DNA from: Candidatus Hadarchaeota archaeon
GTDB taxonomy: Archaea > Hadarchaeota > Hadarchaeia > Hadarchaeales > Hadarchaeaceae
Length of the DNA: 32,000 nucleotides
Reading direction: 5' to 3'
Assembly: GCA_964514965.1 (NCBI GenBank)
Contig: CAZETV010000001.1
Span: 573,063-605,062, forward strand
Shown here: positions 26,912 to 32,000 of the stretch, one piece after another
Position numbering within the stretch: the stretch's first letter is position 1
Layout of the letters: the number at the start of each line of letters is the position of its first letter
The notes under the pieces: model-generated
What the model was told of the DNA's origin: nothing
Database searches by the model: none
The model's input: the letters and a program-made list of their open reading frames with translations, nothing else
Position numbers and translations under genes: made by a program

Positions 26912-27955
26912 TTAAATCACGTGTATTGAAGACGCTTTAAACGCAACGTAAACTCCGGAACCGATTTTTAATTTCATGTCTAAAAAAGAGCGCTTTGTGA
27001 TTGTTACCCCTAGCTCGCGACCAATATCTACTTTTAACCTTACAGTTACACCACAATCGGAAATCTTAGTTATCTTACCTTCCAACATATTTCTTCCGCT
27101 TGATTTGATTGGTCTTTTTGATAGAAGAATATCTTCGGGTCGGATGCAGACTTTAACGTTGCCTTCTTTTTGCGTCACAGCTTCAATCAATACATTTCCG
27201 ATATCTATTCTGGCGAGACCTTTTTTTAGCCTCGATTTTCCTGAAAAAATATTTTCAACCCCAACAAATTTTGCAACGAATTCCGATTTTGGTTTCCGGA
27301 ATATTTCATCTGGTTTCCCCACCTGGATAAGTTTTCCATCGCTCAAGATACCTATCCTGTCACCCAACAAAATTGCTTCGACATGGTCATGAGTAACGTG
27401 AATTGTGGTTAGACCAGATTTCTCGTGGAAATCCTTTAACTCCTCCCTTAACTTCTCCTGCGTCTGTGCATCCAAACTGCTCAATGGTTCATCCAAGAGT
27501 AAAACTTCTGGATCAAGCACGATCGCTCTAGCTAAAGCCACTTTCTGTTGTTCTCCTCCACTCAGTGTTTTTGGTAGCCGTTTAGACAAACGCACAAGAC
27601 CCAACAAATTCATGGTACGTCGCATTTTTTTATCGATTTCAGGTTTCGGAATTTTTTTCAACCTTAATCCAAATTTCACATTTTCTTCAACATTCAGATG
27701 AGGAAACAACGAATAGTCTTGGTAAACGAAGCCTACTCTCCTCTGCTCAGGGGGGATACCTGTCATGTTTTTATCGTTTATCCAGATTTCACCTAGGTCG
27801 GGACGGTGAAACCCAGCGATTAACTCAAGCATGAGGGTTTTTCCCGCCCCCGTTGGACCCAGCACAGTGAAGTACTCCCGTTCTTTGATATCCAGATTTA
27901 TGTTCCTCAACGAAAAATCGACCCATTTTTTTGATAAATTTTTAATGCTCAGCAT
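26912..27955 (-). CDS. wtpC: ABC transporter ATP-binding protein, tungstate/molybdate type
   Basis: GPTGAGKTLMLELIAGF Walker A, LSGGEQQKVALARAIVLDPEVLLLDEP, LHVTHD-like IHVTHDHVEAI; adjacent permease and binding protein. Confidence 0.9.
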   Translation of the reverse strand: MLSIKNLSKKWVDFSLRNINLDIKEREYFTVLGPTGAGKTLMLELIAGFHRPDLGEIWINDKNMTGIPPEQRRVGFVYQDYSLFPHLNVEENVKFGLRLKKIPKPEIDKKMRRTMNLLGLVRLSKRLPKTLSGGEQQKVALARAIVLDPEVLLLDEPLSSLDAQTQEKLREELKDFHEKSGLTTIHVTHDHVEAILLGDRIGILSDGKLIQVGKPDEIFRKPKSEFVAKFVGVENIFSGKSRLKKGLARIDIGNVLIEAVTQKEGNVKVCIRPEDILLSKRPIKSSGRNMLEGKITKISDCGVTVRLKVDIGRELGVTITKRSFLDMKLKIGSGVYVAFKASSIHVI

Positions 27956-28733
27956 GCAATCTCCTCTGTAGATATTTTAGGCCAACGAAAACCGATAAGG
28001 TAATCAGGAGAAGTATTACCGCGACACGCATTCCTTCATAGAGTCCTAGGCTGTAAAATCTGCTCCAAATTATTCCCGGGGCAATCATTGGAAAAAATCC
28101 AACGAGCATGATTACCGCTGCGAACTCACTTATCGCACGCGCCCAGCTCATTATAACCCCGCTGAATATCTGCGGAAATGCAAGCGGAAATGCCACTTTT
28201 CGAAAAGCCCCCCATTCTGTAGCGCCCAAAGATCGTGCTACCTTCTCTAGACGGGGGTCAACGTTTCGAAATCCTTCCTTAGCGGAGTTGATGAGAAATG
28301 GCGCGGAAACGAATAACATCGCGATTACAATCCCAGGGAGCGCGCCTTCAAACCTAATAAAAGATGAGACTGGTCCGCCAATTAATCCGTTTAATCCAAA
28401 AACCGTCAGCAACATGATGCCAGCAACAACGTGAGGCACTGCCATTGGGAGGTCTATCATACCTTCGATGAGCTTTTTCCCCCGAAAGTCCTTCCTCGCC
28501 AACAAATAGGCTAGAGGAACGCCAAACACAAACGTCACTATCACCGCAAGGAATGCTGAAAAACAGCTCAATCCCACCGCCTTTAGAACCTCTTGGTCAG
28601 TGATAGCACCTAAAAATCCGGTTAGGTCAAATGCAAATTGTTTGAAAAGAATATTAGCTATCGGAAGAACGAGAACAGCGAAAATGAGAATCCCAAGCGC
28701 GCCGAATAAAGCGGTTATTTTCCCAATCTTCAC
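27942..28733 (-). CDS. wtpB: ABC transporter permease, tungstate/molybdate type
   Basis: IDLPMAVPHVVAGIMLLTVFG, EKVARSLGATEWGAFRKVAFPLAFPQIFSGVIMSWARAISEFAAVIMLVG. Confidence 0.9.
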   Translation of the reverse strand: MKIGKITALFGALGILIFAVLVLPIANILFKQFAFDLTGFLGAITDQEVLKAVGLSCFSAFLAVIVTFVFGVPLAYLLARKDFRGKKLIEGMIDLPMAVPHVVAGIMLLTVFGLNGLIGGPVSSFIRFEGALPGIVIAMLFVSAPFLINSAKEGFRNVDPRLEKVARSLGATEWGAFRKVAFPLAFPQIFSGVIMSWARAISEFAAVIMLVGFFPMIAPGIIWSRFYSLGLYEGMRVAVILLLITLSVFVGLKYLQRRLHAEH

Positions 28734-29755
28734 TGTACCACCAATGGTTGGAGATTTTCCGGCAGTTTGTCGATATCACTCGCCACGGCGGGGACTATTG
28801 GTGGCTGGCCACAATTTTCAAAAACCTCTTGACCATAATCGGCTATCAACAATTTTATAAAATCGACTGCCAAATCCTCATTCGGCGCATTCTTGGGTAT
28901 AGTTATCCCATAGACGATAGGCTCAGCGGTAAGCACTTTGCCGTTCGCAAGCTGCACTTTAACTTGTTTATAGGTGTTTTCGTGGTCTGTGTTGGTTAGA
29001 TTGATTTCATCAGGGAGTTCTACAAATTTAAATCCATGCTGGACCGCGGTACTTCTATATTCGAATGCGTAGCCAATGCTATGCACTTCTAACTTGATAA
29101 ACAGGCTCACCGACTTATCTGAAATCTCCAGCTTATTGGTATTTGGATTCAAGTCCTCTGGCACCTGGATTAAATAATTGTCATTTTCCTCAATCGTCTC
29201 AATGTTAGTATTGGACGCGATTAAATCATCAAAAATTGTGGAATTATCATAACAAATCTCTGCAAGTTGTAAAACCATTAACGTGCGATAGCCACAGGGA
29301 TCAAGGTTAGGGTCACTGAATCCGAACTTCACGTTGGTTCTGTTGAGTATCTCATACCAGTTGTTCTCGTTTATCTCATTCGCATAATTGCTCTCAGTAG
29401 TATAGACGAGCACAATTTCATTACGTGCAAACTGGATATACCAATCGGCATACTCAGGAAACATCATTTTTGGGATCAGCGAGTAGTCCGCTGAAACGAG
29501 GATGTCCGCAACTTTATGAAGTTCGGTTATCTGGCTAATGGCTTCTGCGCTTCCATGAGGTTCGAGCTGCACATCTACATCGTGAGAGCTTTCGAATTGT
29601 GTTTCAATTTTCTCAAGAGGTACTGTGAGGCTGCCAGCATGGTAAATTTTCAGCACAGGTTTTCCACCTCCAGAGAATATAAACACGCCTGAGATAACGA
29701 CAATCGTCATTGCAATAACAATAGTTTTTTTTGCACCAATGCTTTTTATAAACAT
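28730..29755 (-). CDS. wtpA: Tungstate/molybdate ABC transporter substrate-binding protein
   Basis: VLKIYHAGSLTVPLEKIETQFESSHDVDVQLEPHGSAEAISQIT, DILVSADYSLIPKMMFPEYADWYIQFARNEIVLVYT, FGFSDPNLDPCGYRTLMVLQLAE. Confidence 0.93.
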   Translation of the reverse strand: MFIKSIGAKKTIVIAMTIVVISGVFIFSGGGKPVLKIYHAGSLTVPLEKIETQFESSHDVDVQLEPHGSAEAISQITELHKVADILVSADYSLIPKMMFPEYADWYIQFARNEIVLVYTTESNYANEINENNWYEILNRTNVKFGFSDPNLDPCGYRTLMVLQLAEICYDNSTIFDDLIASNTNIETIEENDNYLIQVPEDLNPNTNKLEISDKSVSLFIKLEVHSIGYAFEYRSTAVQHGFKFVELPDEINLTNTDHENTYKQVKVQLANGKVLTAEPIVYGITIPKNAPNEDLAVDFIKLLIADYGQEVFENCGQPPIVPAVASDIDKLPENLQPLVVQ

Positions 29756-29802
29756 GTTTCCTTTTTATTTAACTAATTTGTTTAAAACTTTTCCTTTAGT
29801 TA

Positions 29803-29814
29803 AACATTAATGTT
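29803..29814. promoter_or_regulatory. Perfect 12-bp palindrome AACATTAATGTT upstream of wtpA, candidate operator
   Basis: Exact self-complementary 12-mer in the A/T-rich divergent intergenic region between wtpA and the TRAM gene. Confidence 0.3.
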
Positions 29815-29877
29815 AATAAAAGCTAATCCTCACGCAAATTTATAAGTCCTCCACGTTAGCTTGTAACATGAAAGGAG

Positions 29878-30105
29878 TTGAAAAAAGTGTACAGACCTAG
29901 AGAGAGAAGAGGACCACTGGCTCCGGTGAACGTTGGCGACGTTCAAGATGTGAAAATTGAGGCGAAGGGCAAAAGTGGAGATGGTATCGCCCGCATTCAA
30001 GGCTTCGTGGTCTTTGTACCCAGCACCAATCCTGGGGATGAGGTAAAAGTTCGCATCACCGCGGTGCGACAAAGATTTGCGACAGCTGAAGTCGTTACAG
30101 AGTGA
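29878..30105 (+). CDS. Small TRAM-domain protein
   Basis: [57 protein letters not shown]; in-frame GTG at 29887 is an alternative start. Confidence 0.93.
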   Translation: MKKVYRPRERRGPLAPVNVGDVQDVKIEAKGKSGDGIARIQGFVVFVPSTNPGDEVKVRITAVRQRFATAEVVTE

Positions 30106-30126
30106 ATCCATTACTCTCGACTTTAG

Positions 30127-31191
<1,065 letters not shown>

Positions 31192-31257
31192 CTATCAAGA
31201 ATAAAGAAGTGTCATTTTTTCACGGCTTTTCTACGAATCCGATATCCCTGAAAAAAA

Positions 31258-31698
31258 CTAAAGCGATTCTCGCAAAAATTTCGCGACCAAGTCAACCGCA
31301 ACTTCTCGTTTGGCGGGGTAAGCCGCAACTTTCAATCTAAGATGTATAATATCGCCACCCTCGGTCAGCACGAGTTCACCCACATATGCTAGCTGTTTAT
31401 CGAACCTCAGGTGCAGATGGCAGGCCTTATCGATTCTGTCCGGTACGACCATAGCAATTTTTTCGAACTCTCCTCCACATAGCTTGGCTAAGATTCTTCG
31501 CCAGATTTCTTGAGTCTCCTTGCGCCCAATCTGAGCCTCAAAGCTCACGATTGGGTTTCCATGATGACCTTTAAGCCTCGAACGACGAACCTCAACCTCT
31601 TCTGGTAGCATAATTTTTAGTGCATCTAAAACTCGTTTTTCGGCCTCGGTGGCATGCGCAAAGGTGCTAACAACCGCACCCCTGAACGGAAATTTCAT
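31258..31698 (-). CDS. Predicted RNA-binding / exosome-associated protein (COG1325-like)
   Basis: VVSTFAHATEAEKRVLDALKIMLPEEVEVRRSRLKGHHGNPIVSFEAQI, HLHLRFDKQLAYVGEL, DIIHLRLKVAAYP. Confidence 0.82.
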   Translation of the reverse strand: MKFPFRGAVVSTFAHATEAEKRVLDALKIMLPEEVEVRRSRLKGHHGNPIVSFEAQIGRKETQEIWRRILAKLCGGEFEKIAMVVPDRIDKACHLHLRFDKQLAYVGELVLTEGGDIIHLRLKVAAYPAKREVAVDLVAKFLRESL

Positions 31699-31709
31699 CC
31701 ATAATCACT

Positions 31710-32000
31710 TTAGCCATGCCGACGTGCCCGAACGCTCGGCCTGACTTTCTCTGCACCCTTGCCCTTTTTGAGCAGTCCCCGCGACTTTCGCCCTGTTCTC
31801 GTCAAACCTCGGTAAACTCGCCCACTATGCTCTTTCTCAGCTACCCACTTTAACTGGGGGTCGCTCAAGATTGCAGGGTGGTTCGGGTCAAGCATAATAA
31901 CCTCAAAATATTCATGGGTGCCGTCAGGGCCGAGCGGGTAGGAGTTCAGAACCTCTAAATTAGGGTACTTCCGGGCTGCTCGCTCCTCTGCAATCAGTTG
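31710..32000 (-). CDS. rpl15e: Ribosomal protein eL15, 5' part beyond the window
   Basis: Reverse strand from 32000 reads [53 protein letters not shown]...[23 protein letters not shown]; open through the right edge. Confidence 0.95.
   Translation of the reverse strand, partial: QLIAEERAARKYPNLEVLNSYPLGPDGTHEYFEVIMLDPNHPAILSDPQLKWVAEKEHSGRVYRGLTRTGRKSRGLLKKGKGAEKVRPSVRARRHG

Overview
This window is archaeal chromosomal DNA, with predominantly information-processing and core-metabolism genes. I support these gene blocks: queE-queD; enolase, rpsB (S2), a MEMO-family gene, isopentenyl phosphate kinase, type 2 IPP isomerase, RNase J and a GGPP synthase; gltX; L7Ae, S28e, L24e and ndk; aIF5B; S6e, aIF2-gamma and a PIN domain gene; a membrane pyrophosphatase; Rpo7, Spt4, a DUF359 kinase, S24e and S27ae; a reverse-strand tungstate/molybdate-type ABC operon; TRAM and Kae1; and a COG1325-like gene with a truncated L15e. 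Two tRNAs are readable. tRNA-Thr(TGT) is at 2833-2905. The other, at 4570-4691, folds cleanly only as tRNA-Pro(TGG) interrupted by two short introns: 27 nt at position 33/34 and 20 nt at 37/38. The second bulge-helix-bulge forms only after the first intron is removed, which implies ordered (nested) splicing. This is the strongest unusual signal. The left edge holds a surface-protein-like gene with a 48-nt/16-aa W..IETWTGT repeat array, a PGF-pre-PGF-like domain and a repetitive basic C-terminal tail. Several short ORFs are missing from the supplied track, including certain ribosomal S27ae, a 46-aa predicted membrane microprotein and a 46-aa basic peptide. I found no CRISPR array, transposon or obvious defence island.
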